DNA from: Octopus sinensis
Taxonomy: Eukaryota
Assembly: GCF_006345805.1 (NCBI RefSeq)
Contig: NC_043008.1
Span: 34,038,001-34,102,000 of the forward strand
Direction of reading: 5' to 3'
Length of the DNA: 64,000 bases
Below, one piece after another: positions 25,900 to 39,689 of the stretch. The position numbers were made by a program, and so were the translations under genes. The stretch's first letter is position 1; every line of letters starts with the position of its first letter. The notes under the pieces are model-generated. The model worked only from the letters and a program-made list of their open reading frames with translations. It was not told the DNA's origin and made no database searches.

Positions 25900-27150
25900 T
25901 GAGTAAAGCCAGAAAAACAACAGAGTATTTCTGTAGACTCTGGAAAATATGGAAGTCAGGGCTGTCTGCATTTAACAAGACCGTATCTCACAATACTTTT
26001 GCAGCACCATTGCTAATACCAACATTTGGGATATTGGATTGGACATTTGATGAGATATGCAGTTTGGACATCAAAACCAGAAAGGTACTGACCACCACTG
26101 GCAACTTCCACATTAACAACAACACCAATAGGATATATGTGAGGTGAAATGATGATGGTAGAGGCATAGGGTCAGTCCAAACAACCTTTGGAATTTGCAT
26201 TGTTTCACTCAGACAACACCTGCTGAACAGTAAAGAAAGAGATGAGTACATTCTATGCATACTCAAAAGGGAGAGCAACAACATCGTCAGAGTATACAGC
26301 TATCTTATGCAACCCAATGGAGACTGGACTGGCCATCTTAAGCAGAAGCTTGAAAAGGAGAAGCAGGCATCATAATACCAGCAAAAAGCAATGCATGGGG
26401 TACATATCCCATAAGCTAGAGGGCAACAACAGTATTGACAGGAAGAGCAGTCTCTCCTGGGCCCACGATAGATACATTACATCCCACCTAGAAGGATATA
26501 CCTTCGCTATTCAGAAAGATGAGATAGCTATTAAATACCTGCTAAACAAGTGAGACAAAGATACTACAAAACCTCCATAACGTGTTAAAAAAATGGGTAG
26601 TATTGTTATACCAGTGTGAAGGATATCAGCCACATCATTAGCAGCTGCTCCAAAATGTCTATGAGATACTACCTGTCCCTGAGGCATGATATAGTTACAA
26701 AGGCTATTTACAATGCTATCTGCAAGAAAGACTGCTCTGATGTATATATTAAAGGCATGTTAGAACCAGAAGGTATTCACACCTTCAAGAGCAAGAAATA
26801 CTCGTGGAACACTTCAATAAAAGCATAATTTCAGTGCAAACATAACAGACCTGATATTGTTATATGGGACAGGGAACAAAAGTCATTTACTGTTGTAGAT
26901 GTCAGCTGCCCAGTGGATGTGAATATACAATCAAATGTCCAGGAAAGAGGGAACAGTAATGGCGAATTAATGCGGAACTTACAACTCTTGTACACTGACT
27001 ATAAATTCTCATTTTTACCTGTTATCAAAGGTGCATGAAGTTATGTACCAACAATTTTGCACAAAAACATAGAAACACTTGGTTTCAGAGAAAAAACTGA
27101 TGTGAATTCTCCAAATCCAATCCATTAGAGGCACAGAGTAGATTTATAAG
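25900..27150 (+). mobile_element. Old R4/Dong-clade LINE fragment (RT thumb to RLE)
   Basis: NKTVSHNTFAAP..LDIKTRKVLT..RIYVR*NDDGRGI, SHIISSC..RHD, HNRPDIVIWD..DVSCPVD; many stops. Confidence 0.75.
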
Positions 27151-27915
27151 ACACTCCCAAAATTCTCCATCTACGATTCTTATGTAAATAAATGCACACA
27201 CTTGGGTGTATGCATCGACAGTTTGATTAACTCACTGATTCAACCACATATTTATAAATACTGGAGCTCTCTTAAACTCAAAGAGCTTTGTCACTTTGTC
27301 AGTGACCAGCTTGGGATCACTTTCTCAAGGGAAACACACACACACACACACATGCACACACACATACACACACACACACTCTTTTACATGTTTCAGTCAT
27401 TTGACTTTGGTCATGCTGAGTACTGCCTTTAGCTGAAGAAACTGACTCCAGGACTTCTACTTTGTAAGCCTAGTACTAATTCAATCAGTCTCTTTTGCTG
27501 AACTGGTAAGTTTCGGGAACATAAACACACCAACATCAGTTGTCAAGTGATAGTAGCGTGACTAACACAGACGCAAAGACAAACTTACATAAATGTATAC
27601 CTGCGCGCATGCGTGTGACTGCAAACATGTGTGCGCCTGCGCGTACGCACGTATGTACGTGTATGCGCACGCATATGCATGCATGAATAAATATATCGAT
27701 GCGCATGAGCATGCATGTATATATATGTATGTGTATGTAAAAACGTATGTATATGTCTGTATATATACATATGTGTGCGTGTGTGTGTGTTTGTATACAT
27801 ATTTGCACATGTATATGTATTTGTGTGCATGCGTACGTATGTCATTATACCTGCTTTCCTCCTCTCTGATTCCTACCTGTCATTAACCTATCACATACGT
27901 CTAACTTATATATAA

Positions 27916-28150
27916 CTAGAAGACAAACCCGGCCTTGCTCGGGATTAAAATAGTTTATTATTGTTTTACTTGTTTCGGTATTATAACCCGGTTTCATTCG
28001 GGTCGACGCTGGCCACATTTTAAGAGTTGACGAATGTAGCTCTGGAGGCCACGCGTTTCAAATGAGCAAACTCAAAATTGCTATGCAAACTCACCAGCAC
28101 TTTTAATATAGGTGTGCAAATTTTCAGCTCAATCCAACCACATATGCACA
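27916..28150 (-). mobile_element. Non-autonomous Helitron, 3' end at 27916
   Basis: On -: cccgagcaaggccggg hairpin then CTAG|T; body matches about 59995-60165. Confidence 0.75.
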
Positions 28151-28217
28151 CATTATATATATGCATACGCATTAAATATATATGCACATATATACGCATT
28201 ATATACATACATACACT

Positions 28218-28249
<32 letters not shown>

Positions 28250-28399
28250 CGCATTATGTATACATATGTATACACATATATATATATACACATACATATA
28301 TATTCAAATATCGATATATACTCTTTATATATATATAAATTATATATATATATATTTATATTTATACACACACACACACATATATATATATAAATTAAC

Positions 28400-28614
28400 A
28401 TAGTAAATATCTGATTAATAATATCTGTTATTATTGTGCGGTGGTGGTGGTGGGCGATAATAATTCACCGTTGTAAAAGCCCTGTAGCAGGAATATTTAA
28501 ACTTCAAGGGAGTGAAATATATTCCGACACAATATAATTATTTACTATTTTATTCCTCTCCATTAATCCCACTTGCGTCTGTCAACGTTTTCTGTCTATA
28601 GATACAGAAAGACG

Positions 28615-28648
<34 letters not shown>

Positions 28649-29630
28649 CTGAGAGAGAGGCTGGGAGAGAAAGAGCGACAGAGAGACAGCGAATACGGAG
28701 AGAGAAAGAGAAAACCGAACGCGAGAGTCTGAAGAGAGAAGCAAGATGAGATTTTCTCAAGATCAACAAAGGCATGTTGTAGCACTTAATCCTGGATCAT
28801 TAAATCAATGTTTTAACGATTAGAGTTCCAATAGAATAGCTCTCAGTAATAGACTACGTACAAATTCGTTCTTCACAACTCCTAAAGTTGTTTTCAGATA
28901 TGATCCATCCCATTCGTATAAAAATGATAACTCTCTCTAAATTGGTGTGCTAAACACAAATTGTCGTTTCTGTAGAGCTTTAAAATTTCCAAATGAAACA
29001 AATGGTATGTGCTGCTCAGGCGGTCAGGTAACATTGCCAGCACTACCAGCTCCTTCTCAACGTTTTATGGATCCTCTACAAGGCACTTCCATCCACTCAA
29101 AGGATTTTCTGAACAATATCAGACACTATAACTCTGCATTTCAAATAACATTGATTGCTGCATCTTAGAAGAGAGTTAAACATGAATTTACGCCGACGTC
29201 AAAGTTCAAGGACAAGTCTATCACCTCATTGGTTTCCTGTTACTCACAAATGGACAAATACAGTTCCTCCAAATTTACTTTATGAGTGATGGAGGACAAC
29301 AAACCCGAAAGAGGTGTCGAAATTTCAGATGATGAGCCGTGTTAGATATAGCGCCAACTGCTGCAAAAGAGAGTATATTCACTGACAGCTTTTCGGTGCG
29401 TTAAAAAATCACATAACACCCACCCCCAATTTTCCGTGACAGGTTGGGGCCTGAAATACTCTAAATGGACGCATAGCATGCTGCCTAGATGAATTAGCTC
29501 ATCATTTACTCCACAAATGTTTTGTTGTCAATGCTGCACTTTCCCATATCACCTGTTTCAACATAACTGTAATATATTATATAAAACTATACCATTTTAA
29601 TTTCGAGAAACACCAGGTATCTCTACTACT
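28400..29630 (+). mobile_element. Internally deleted Helitron retaining the RepHel N-terminus (coiled region plus zinc finger)
   Basis: IGVLNTNCRFCRALKFPNETNGMCCSGGQV, FLNNIRHYNSAFQ, KVQGQVYHLIG..FLQIYF; degenerate hairpin/CTAG-like end near 29605-29630. Confidence 0.8.
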
Positions 29631-30417
29631 TTATAGTAATTTGAAATCCTTGTATTTTTCCCTCCACTCAAAATTTACTACCAAAACCACTACTCACTTC
29701 TGTATCACCCCACCCATACATTTTCTATACCTATCCCTTAAAACACCCCTACTCACATATCTCACATTTTTGCACTCCTTACCTTCTCATCTTTTCCTAT
29801 CCTTCTCTCATCCTCCTATCACTTTATCTTAACCACCAACTTACACTCCTTTTCTCACTTCTTCCACCCTTTCTTCACTTTTTCACTCTATTCACTTTTT
29901 GTTCTTTCTCACCCTCTTTTTTTCTCTTTTCTCCCTTTCTTCCTCTCATTTTCTCTTCCTGTTTTCACTTTGAACTATCTTCTCATTCTAATCATATATA
30001 TCTCCTTCCCCATATATCCACAAATACTACCGATACATTCTCAAATTTTCATTCACTCCACAAAACCCTTTCGAACGAGCAACACTGAATTCATGGCTCC
30101 ATACTTTGAAATGACTGAACATGAACTGCTATTAGAACATACATACAATGTACAGGAAATTCTTTACCACTTCTATACACCATTTCCTCGAATAATGGAA
30201 CTGCAACTACAATATCTTTATACATCTTATTTCTCCTTTCATTCCCTTATTTCCCCTCTATATTCTCTATCTCCTCATTTTCCATAATTCGAACTCAAAT
30301 ATTCTCACACCGTCTCTGATTAAGGGATATCCGTAATATCCCACAAACAGCTGTAAGTCTATTTCCTTATAAATGTCCTGAAAACTCCTCTCAGCCTTGG
30401 CTTTCTTATCACATTTG

Positions 30418-30469
<52 letters not shown>

Positions 30470-30905
30470 CAAAGTGAAGTTGTAAGGTACCACACGAGCG
30501 GAAATATATATGAAAGAAGGTTTGAAAATGCAATTTTAAAGATGTTGATTCACTTGACCTTTTTCACTTTTTTAGAAAAATATTGTCAAAAGTAAAATGT
30601 AGAGCTTTGTATAAGCTTTGTTGTGTTAAGTACTGGTTGTCAGAAAAGTATTGAAATACATGTATACATACTTTGATAATAATAAGAAAATGTTAAAAAC
30701 AGTTTACAAGGAAATATCTTGAGAATATATTAAACAAGAAGTATTAGGAGCTCAAGATAAATGTTAGGAGTTCAATAAAAGTCATGTTTGGTAGTATATA
30801 TATACACAGAAGGAGATATAAGATATATTTGGGAGCTTACAAAGATGAACTGACCTGTTAGGACAATTCATCTGAAATTCTTTGTAAACTCCCAAATATA
30901 TTTCC

Positions 30906-30977
<72 letters not shown>

Positions 30978-31700
30978 ACAGTATTTAAACGTTCTAACAG
31001 AACGCGTTCTAAAAATAATCCGATGTAACTCTATCCTGTACTGTTCCTACTCTCTCCTAATGTCTCTCTCTCTCCCCCTTTTTTCCTCCCTCTTCTTTCC
31101 ACTTATTCTTTTCATCTTCCCTTCTCCTCCTTTCGTTTTTCTCACTCATCCTGTCTCTAATTCTTTTTTCTCCTCTTCACCATTTTTTATCTGTCTCTCT
31201 CTCTTTCTCACTATTCCTCCTTTACTCTGTCGTTGCTCACACGTGATCATCGGCCATCTTTCTTTTCTTAACTTGGGCTTCTTACTTTCCTTCTGGTGTG
31301 TTGCACAGATCAGACACATTTTTGTCTGTCTCCTCTCCTATCTTTTCTCCCGTCATAAATTGTCGCTCCACCGTTCGCCAGCTCACCTCGTCATTGCTTA
31401 GCAACCGTCACTATTTTGTTTTCACTGTCCTGTTTTTGTTAGCAGCTTTCACATTCTGCAAATCACACACTTTATTTCGGGTTGAAAGAGCAACTGTTTC
31501 CTCGAAGGCACTTCTTGTCATAATTGCTCGAAACATAGAGTAAATAAACAGCCGACAACTGACGAAGGGTCGTTCTTTATGTTACTTGTCTTGCTTTTTT
31601 CAGTTGGTTCTTTCGTTGTTCGCAAAAAAGTTCGTATTCCATGTTTTCGTATTTTCGTATTTCATGTTGCTTACGTTTTGTGACATCCTGTACCCATATA

Positions 31701-31765
<65 letters not shown>

Positions 31766-31923
31766 TATATATAGATCAATAAATGGTGGGTTGTGTTGAC
31801 CGCACGTGGAGAAATGATAAGCAAGGAAAAATTGTAAAAATGCAGAATGCTCGATTGAAAGAAAATTTTAATGAATTGATATATATATTCTTATATGATT
31901 GAACGCCACGCATCCATTTCCAA

Positions 31924-31966
<43 letters not shown>

Positions 31967-32090
31967 CATACATACATACATACATACATACATACATACA
32001 TACATACATACATGCATACATATATATATGTGTGTATGTGTGTGTTACATGCAATGTGTTTTACATTTTTATTCCAATTTTTTTTTGCAG

Positions 32091-32184
32091 ATTCATTTGA
32101 AGAACTTGAATACTTCAGCTACTTATAAATGCAAACTCGATTACCCTGATGCCGACAATAAAGACTGTAAACTAAAGCCCGAAG
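32091..32184 (+). CDS. PLAT/LH2-like domain, C-terminal exon ([31 protein letters not shown])
   Basis: Strong T-tract gcAG acceptor, AG|GTAAAT donor, 94 nt, phase 0-1; joins WTLES to give WTLESIHLKN...YKC, which completes the PLAT strands. Confidence 0.75.
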
Positions 32185-32422
32185 GTAAATGACATCATAT
32201 GTCTATGTAGTTAGCGAGCAATGAATATAAATATATATATATACAGAGAGAGAGAGAGAGAGAGAGAGAGGAGAAATTAGTGAAGTTGAAGATGCTTGCA
32301 GAATATATGAAGTTATTTGAATTTTAAAACATACATAATACATCACCATCATCATCATCATCGTCGTGTAACATTCATCTTCCATGTATGCATCAGTAGG
32401 ACACACATTCCCCCCTCTCTCT

Positions 32423-32454
<32 letters not shown>

Positions 32455-32518
32455 TCATACATATATGCATATACACATACATATACATATATACACACAT
32501 ATATATATCTATATGGCG

Positions 32519-33457
32519 ATCTTTCGTTTGTAGTAGCACGTTTCCGTCGATGATTTCCGTAAAAAACTTTTATTTTTTTACATATGGGCTTGCGGGAACA
32601 TTTGAAGTAATGAGAGCGAAAGAAACTAAGAGGAAGCGATTTTATGACGAGGGAATTTCTTTTGAAGTTACCGAAGCACATATACACATACACCGAGTAA
32701 AAAATTACACTGAATCGGCCATACATACATACATACATACATACATACATACATACATACATACATACATACACACATACACACACATACTTACACACAC
32801 ACACACATACATAGATACATACACACACACACATACATGCAGACATACATATACACATACACCGAGTAAAAAATTACACTGAATCGGCCATACATACATA
32901 CATACACACATACACACACACACACATACATTTACACATACATACACCGAGTAAAAGATTACACATATCGGCCATACATACATACATACACACACATACA
33001 TAGATACATACACACATACATACACACACACATACATAGATACATACACACACACATACATGCATACATACATATACACATACACCGAGTAAAAAATTTC
33101 AGTTATCTCTCTCTTCCACACATTACTCTCTCTGTCTCTTCACACACACTAACAGAAGCACTTCACTTACACAACATACTGTCTGTCTCCCACACCCCAT
33201 CAAACACACACACACGCGCGCGCGCACACACACACATGTACATCAATGCTTCGGTAACTTCAAAAGAAATTCCCTCGTCATAAAATCGCTTCCTCTTAGT
33301 CTCTTTCGCTCTCATTACTTCAAATGTTTCCGCAAGCCCATATGTAAAAAAATAAAAGTTTTTTACGGAAATCATCGACGGAAATGTGCTACTACAAACG
33401 AAATGTGCTACTACAAACGAAATCATCGACGGAAATGTGCTACTACAAACGAAAGAT
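32519..33457. mobile_element. MITE with TIRs of about 160 bp and four internal copies of a catacaccgagtaaaa motif
   Basis: 32519-32680 is the inverse of 33245-33457; motif at about 32687, 32856, 32941, 33079. Confidence 0.85.
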
Positions 33458-33473
33458 ACATATATATATATAT

Positions 33474-33903
33474 ATAATTATAATATTAAGGTTTTTTTGC
33501 AACAAGTTGCTTAAACCACATACCGAAAATATTAGAAATAGCAGCCAAAGGACTACTATGTCTTTTACTATAAACATAAGTCTCCACAGATATGTGTAAC
33601 TCACATATGGCAAAAGAAGAAGAAAAACAACGAAACCACACAGTCTTCGGATTAATTATGGACGTACGTTTCTGGATTAGAATCGTAAAGTTCATTTCCT
33701 TATCAACATAATATTTCCCATAAATCTAGAATTGCTAGGAAAAACTTAGCTCTTATATTTTCGATCAAGCGACATCGAAAGATCGATACAAAAGTCCACT
33801 AGCATATCCACGTTTATATATTTATATTGGCTGCTATTTCTAATATTTTCGGTATGTGGTTTAAGCAACTTGTTGCAAAAAAACCCTTATTATTATAATT
33901 ATA
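33474..33903. mobile_element. MITE with TIRs of about 75 bp in (TA)n
   Basis: aaggtttttttgcaacaagttgcttaaaccacataccgaaaatattagaaatagcagccaa and its inverse at 33828-33890. Confidence 0.85.
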
Positions 33904-34076
33904 TAAATTTTTACCGAATATGGTCCTTTTCCATACCGAAATACTACTAGGTGAAATTTATTTATTTTATTAAATTAATTATATTCCACCCTTATCTGTA
34001 TTGTATATATACATATATATACATATATCTATATATCTATATATACACATACATACATACACACACAAACACACTT

Positions 34077-34681
34077 ATGGTAACGAAGCCAAAGTTCACC
34101 GAGTAAAGTCACTTATCACAGGTCAACATTGAACTCTGATTTCTTGCTCACTTTTGCTGTTTATAGCAGTGCTTGGAAGGAAGGGTGTGTAGCGTGTGAT
34201 CATCACATTAACAATGACAGAGAACGTTATTATGGTGACACCTCCTCAGAAGCCTACATAGTGTTGCTAAAGTGTATAGATAACAGCGCATGAGCCGCAC
34301 ACAAGTGTACAAGTAGTTCAGATGTTTCCAAGATGGCCGAAAATGTGTGATATTGACGACTGTTCTGGGAGACACGCAACCAGCAGAATTGAGAAAATCA
34401 TCCCTGATGCAGCAGTGAGGGGGAAATCGCCGAATCACATCCTTGAATTATCAGACGATGTGCAGATTAGTTACGGTTCAGTTCCGTCTATTGTCACTGA
34501 AGATTTGGACGTGAGATACGTGTCTGCCAAGTTTGAGCCAAAAAATCGGAAGTGAGCTATAACGTTATATCTTAGTGCGCATGTGAGGCAGAGTTCATGG
34601 TCAATCTGATCCAAGCAGCTTCACTTTCCATACTTTAGCTTCGTTACTATAGCAACAGTCCGGATACTTATTGATCAGACT
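34077..34681 (+). mobile_element. Internally deleted mariner (HTH region only)
   Basis: DDCSGRHATS..ELSDDVQISYGSV..VSAKFEPK; inverted atggtaacgaagccaaagt / actttagcttcgttactat; mariner-like right end agtccggatacttattgatcagac. Confidence 0.7.
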
Positions 34682-35591
34682 ATGTATACATATATACATA
34701 CATATACATACATACATATGTATGTATATGTGTGTATATATGCATGTATTATATATGGGTATGTATATGTATATTTGTATGTATGTATATTTGTGTATAT
34801 ATATGTGTATGTGTATGTGTGTGTATTATGTGCCTGTATCATGTGTATGTGTATGTGTGACTGTCTGTCTGTGTGTGCATGTGTGTTGTGTGTGTATCAG
34901 TATAAAAACGTTGTATAAGATATAGATTCAGTGAATTGTGTGACTGTCATAGAAAGCTCCTCTACCAGACTCAGCTAGCAGACAACATGATAATCCAAAA
35001 CAAAACAGTGTAATGCAAAGTGCTCATGTAGCTGAAATACATAAAATCCAATCAATGAAATTATTTTAATTAGTAGTATATAAGACGCAAAACATCAGAC
35101 AATATCAGAATTGAATATATTTATTTAACGTTTAACATCTACAGGGTTACAGTTGTTTCGCAGCCTATTTCATGTAGAAAGAATTTCAGTGTGCAGCAAG
35201 TCATGTTTACATCTCTTCATTAATATGCATGCTATGCATTATACAATTCCTGTTCACAAATGAATGCAAGTAAAGTAAGCTAATCATCAGATCACCAGAA
35301 CATCGAAGTAATACCAACAATTAATGATTTGTGAATATACAATTGTATTGCATAATATACAGCATGCATATGGATTTAATCATGTGAACATAATTTATTG
35401 CACACTGAAATTATTACTGCATAAAGAATGTTTCAAAACAGCTGTAATCCTATAGATGTCAAGTGGTTAAATAAAACTTATTCACCTCATACCTCCTGGT
35501 TCTTTATGGTTTATACATATACCTACCTACCTACATATATACATACATATATATATATAATAATACATACCACACACACACACACACACAC

Positions 35592-35645
<54 letters not shown>

Positions 35646-35890
35646 GGTGACACCTCATCAGAAGCCTATATATATATGATGGGTTCTCTTGTGTGTAAAC
35701 TACAAATGAGGGTTCAGTAAAATAAAGCATTAATCATGTCCCATGGACATGAATGTGTCTCTTGAAGTCTGCTAGTGCTTTGCAGACCTTTTGGTGAATG
35801 GAACAAGTTGAGGACTTGGTTTTCTTGAGTGTATATGGATCAATCACACTGTATTTTCTTGAGTGGATGGCAAGACCTGCTTTGCTTTGA

Positions 35891-36988
35891 GCTATAAATT
35901 ATAATGACAGTTAAGGTTTCCATTTAGAGGAGCAACATTTTGCCAGTGTGCCTTCGTGCTTGCACAAATTTGCTTCTGATGTTGGAGTTTACTTTGCTCA
36001 AATCTTTGAACTGGACAAAAGAAGGCCTGGTGCCAGGTCCTGCGTTCTGATGCTTGTTTTCCCAGGAAGAAAAGGGAATGTTGCATTGCTCCAGATGGAA
36101 TAATAATATTAGAAAGCTTCTACCCCTACTGGTGACAAAGGGCCTCTCACCCAGAGTGAAAAGCAGATTGTACGATGCATGTGTGCGAACTGCCATGCTT
36201 CACGACAATGACTGCGGAGGACATGTGTTGGCTCGAAAGAAATGAAGCTAGCACGATCCGCTGGATGTGTAATATCAATATGCACACACGACAGAGTGTA
36301 AACGCCCTGAGAGAAATGTTGGACATATGAAGCATCGGATGTGGCTTGCAAGAAAGTCGTTTGCGCTGGTGTGGCCATGCACTACGGATGGATGAGGAGA
36401 CCTGTGTGAAGAAGTGCCACTTCCAAACAGTTGAAAGAATCCGGGGTAGAGGTAGACCCAGGAAGACATGGGGTGAGGTGGCGAAGCATGACCTTGGAAC
36501 GTTGGGCCTAACAGAGGCAATGACGAAAGACCGCGACCTCTGAAGATATGCGTGACTGCAAAGAAACGGTAAATAAAGTTAGTTCACAGCTGTATCCTAC
36601 ATCAGTTTCGCATAACCAACCCCAGCACATTTAAACGTACCTTGAATCGTAGGGCAACCTGCTGTGCTTGAGGAGATCTATTGAGCCAAGTACATCAACA
36701 TCAAAACGAAAATCAAATGGAAATTGTAGTTGTGCCGGTGGCACGTAAAAAGCAACATCCAAATGTGGCTGATGTCAGCGCCGCCTTGACTGGTTTTCGT
36801 GCTGGTGGCACGTAAAAAGCATCCACTACACTCATGGAGTGGTTGGCGTTAGGAAAGGCATCCAGCTATAGAAACACTACCAAATCAGACTGAAGCTTGT
36901 TGCAGCCTCCTAGCTTCCCAGACCCCAGCCGAACCGTCCAACCATACTAGCATGGAAAACGAACGTTAAACAATGATGATGATGATGA
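35891..36988 (+). mobile_element. Composite non-autonomous retroelement: unknown head of about 200 bp plus RTE 3' end; second copy at 61512-62422(-)
   Basis: Both copies start at gctataaa(a)ttataatgacag, then carry RKLLPLLVTKGL..GRGRPRKTW; (GAT)n tail on this copy. Confidence 0.8.
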
Positions 36989-37325
36989 CATGCAGAAACA
37001 CCCGCCTTAGTCGGGATTAAAATGGTATAGAGTTTTTATCGTTTTACTTATTTCGGTCATGTGACTGTGGCCATGCTGGAGCACTGCCTTTAGTCGAAGA
37101 AATCGATCCCAGGATATATTCTTTGTAAGCCTAGTACTTTTTCTATCGGTGTGTTTTGCGAAACGGCTAAGTTATGGGGACGTAAACACAGCAACATCGG
37201 TTGTGAAGCGATGAAGGGGGTACAAATACAGGGGACACACACACATATATGTATATATACATATATATAGGTATATTTACATATATATAGATGTATATAT
37301 ACATCTATATATACATATGTGTATA

Positions 37326-39640
37326 CTAGCAAAGCATCTGGCGTTGCCCAGGTGTATGGCCTATAGCCACATTGTATTATTTGTGTGTTTCTTACGGGCA
37401 GAATCGGCACACAAGGAGTGTAAGGCAAACAACACTTCTTTATAAACATGATCTTCGGTCGTTTGTGATGAAAAACGCTGAAATTGTTGACACCAAAAAC
37501 AGGTAGAATGGCAGCTTAGACTAGAATGAAATCCTAACATTGCCCCCAAAATGACTTACGGATTTAAAGAATTGGATGACGTAAAGGTATCCGTCTTGCA
37601 GAAAGTAAAGTACAAGGAAAGAAAGCTGCTTCACTGTGAAAAGCATCAGACTGCACACTTCAAGATAAGTTATGTGAAACCGACAATGCTTCTGGGTAAA
37701 CTATGTTTTGTGTAAGCCTCGTGTTGATAGAATAAATATACAAGTCATCTGCACTGCTAACTCGAGAGCATTTGACATATAGTTGTCAGTGCGAAAAGCA
37801 GGGTATTTGTAAATTGAGACCTACAGTTTTTAAAGTTTGGCCCTGGGAAGTGGAGGCGCTTGAATTGAAATGACACATGTGAGGGAACAAGGAGCATGCG
37901 TGGAATGTATGCGATCTCTCCTCAATGACAGCCGACAATAATGGTTGCTTGTTATTGTAGTTAGTCAATTTTGTACCATTGCATAGTGGTGGTGGGTCGA
38001 AATTCCTCAAGAGCAAGATAGGTGTACCTTTCTTTAGGAACAACTAATGGGGTGGCAGACCTCTGGGTTGTAGAAAGTTGAGAAATTCAACTGGAGACTC
38101 AACAGTGGCATGTTCGTCGATGGTAGTATCAATGGAGACAAACGTTGAAGTATCTCCAGGTAGAATGTGGAGGAGTTCATGGATTACCTTATCAACGCTT
38201 TCCTTCCGAGGTGCTCTCTCTGCTTTTTTGAAGTTGTCTTACAATATGGGAAATACCTTTTCTTTAAGCTCGGCCAATGTAGACACCATATGCCAACAGT
38301 GCAGTACATGCTGTTGCAGGGTGTTATTCAGAGGTAAGGAGCCATTTCCACTTTATAGAAGTTGATGAAAGAATTCCTCAGCTAAGGGGTCGTTGTAGAG
38401 ATGAGCTCGCATATTGTTGCTTAATGAAAGCAGACAAACAAACCTTCACAGAAGTGAAAACTTTAGATAGATAGATGTCGTCAGCTCGCGTACCCCGTGC
38501 TATGACTGGTAATATTTGACGGAAATCCCCAGCGAGGACAACAATTAAGCCCCCACCCCCATAATGGCAGTATTATTTCTAATGTCACTTAGTGACCTAT
38601 CTAGGGCTTCTAGTACACCACGGTGTGCCATTGTGCATTCATCCTAGACAATTAGTGCAGTTTAGAGCAGAACTTCTGCCGTCGGAGATCGTTTTGAAAT
38701 ATTACACATTCGGGCATGGCTGAAGTGAGTTTTCTTGAGCACAAATAGAGGTGGGTTTTTTAGCGGCCCTTGTTTGTGGAGATAAATGAGAATGTTTTCG
38801 TTTTGGTGGCATGGATGAAAAGAGCGAGCGATTAAGGAATATATGAGATGGAAGACAGAGGAATTCGAAGTTGTGCACCGTATTATTTAAGTTTTTAGTA
38901 ATGAATGAAATGATGTAGAAAAATTCATACATCAATTTGTATCCCGTTATTATGAGAAGAAGCTGTAAACCCTGAATGATTTGGCTATGTTCTGTCTTGA
39001 TAAGCGTAATACATTCAGTTAACTGATACATGGTGGAGTGGATTACTGGCGTAATGGAAGTTATTGTTTGTCCAGAAGTGAAGTGGGGAGGGTACACTTT
39101 GCATGAAAGTGAATTATGTTCTTGAGAAGGATCACAAACTATGTACTGTTTCATAGAATAAAAAGGGGTTAATATGATTTTGCCCAGAAATCATGTTTTC
39201 AAAATTATAATTTGCCACCTCCTCGCAGAAATTTCCTAAATTTTAACTGTCTTCCGAATTTTGTTTTTTATGCACGTGGAAAAATACAGAGATTACGAAA
39301 GTGGGAAATATAACTTGTTATTGAAAATTAATTTTTTCTGAAAGAAATACTTAATGCCCCTTCCCCCACCTCGGCCACCCAACAGCTACCTGCTTTCGGG
39401 TGAAATGCAAATCTCCTGTATGGAAAACATAGGGATGTGAGTAAATTGAGGAAGGGTATAAGTGGTGGGTGGGATACGCAAATGTCATGTCGGACATGCT
39501 AGAAACAAGAGAACAGGTAAAGGACAGGATTTCTGAGGTAACTTCCTTATAAGATTTAATGGAAGATCAAGCTTGAAATACGCTCATCACAAACAGGGAT
39601 GACAGAATAGGAAATTATATAATTCATACGAACTTTAACT
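37326..39640 (-). mobile_element. Internally deleted Helitron: N-terminal MPPKRK start (38812) joined to a PIF1-like helicase; 3' hairpin and CTAG at 37326
   Basis: DECTMAHR, LAGDFRQILPV, PVEFLN..GLPPH*L.LKKGTPILLLRN..LCNGT, QGQTL..CFSH*QLYV..SRV; ctgggcaacgccag hairpin then CTAG|T; 5' limit approximate. Confidence 0.85.
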
Positions 39641-39650
39641 CTGTGTGTGT

Positions 39651-39689
<39 letters not shown>

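Noticed and set aside
29970-30287. 105-aa ORF next to a Helitron end
   Set aside because: Starts with TTG, is compositionally biased, and has no recognisable motif or splice support
32687-33098. Four repeats with variable spacers resembling a CRISPR array
   Set aside because: Spacers are microsatellites, the array sits inside a MITE, the DNA is eukaryotic and there are no cas genes
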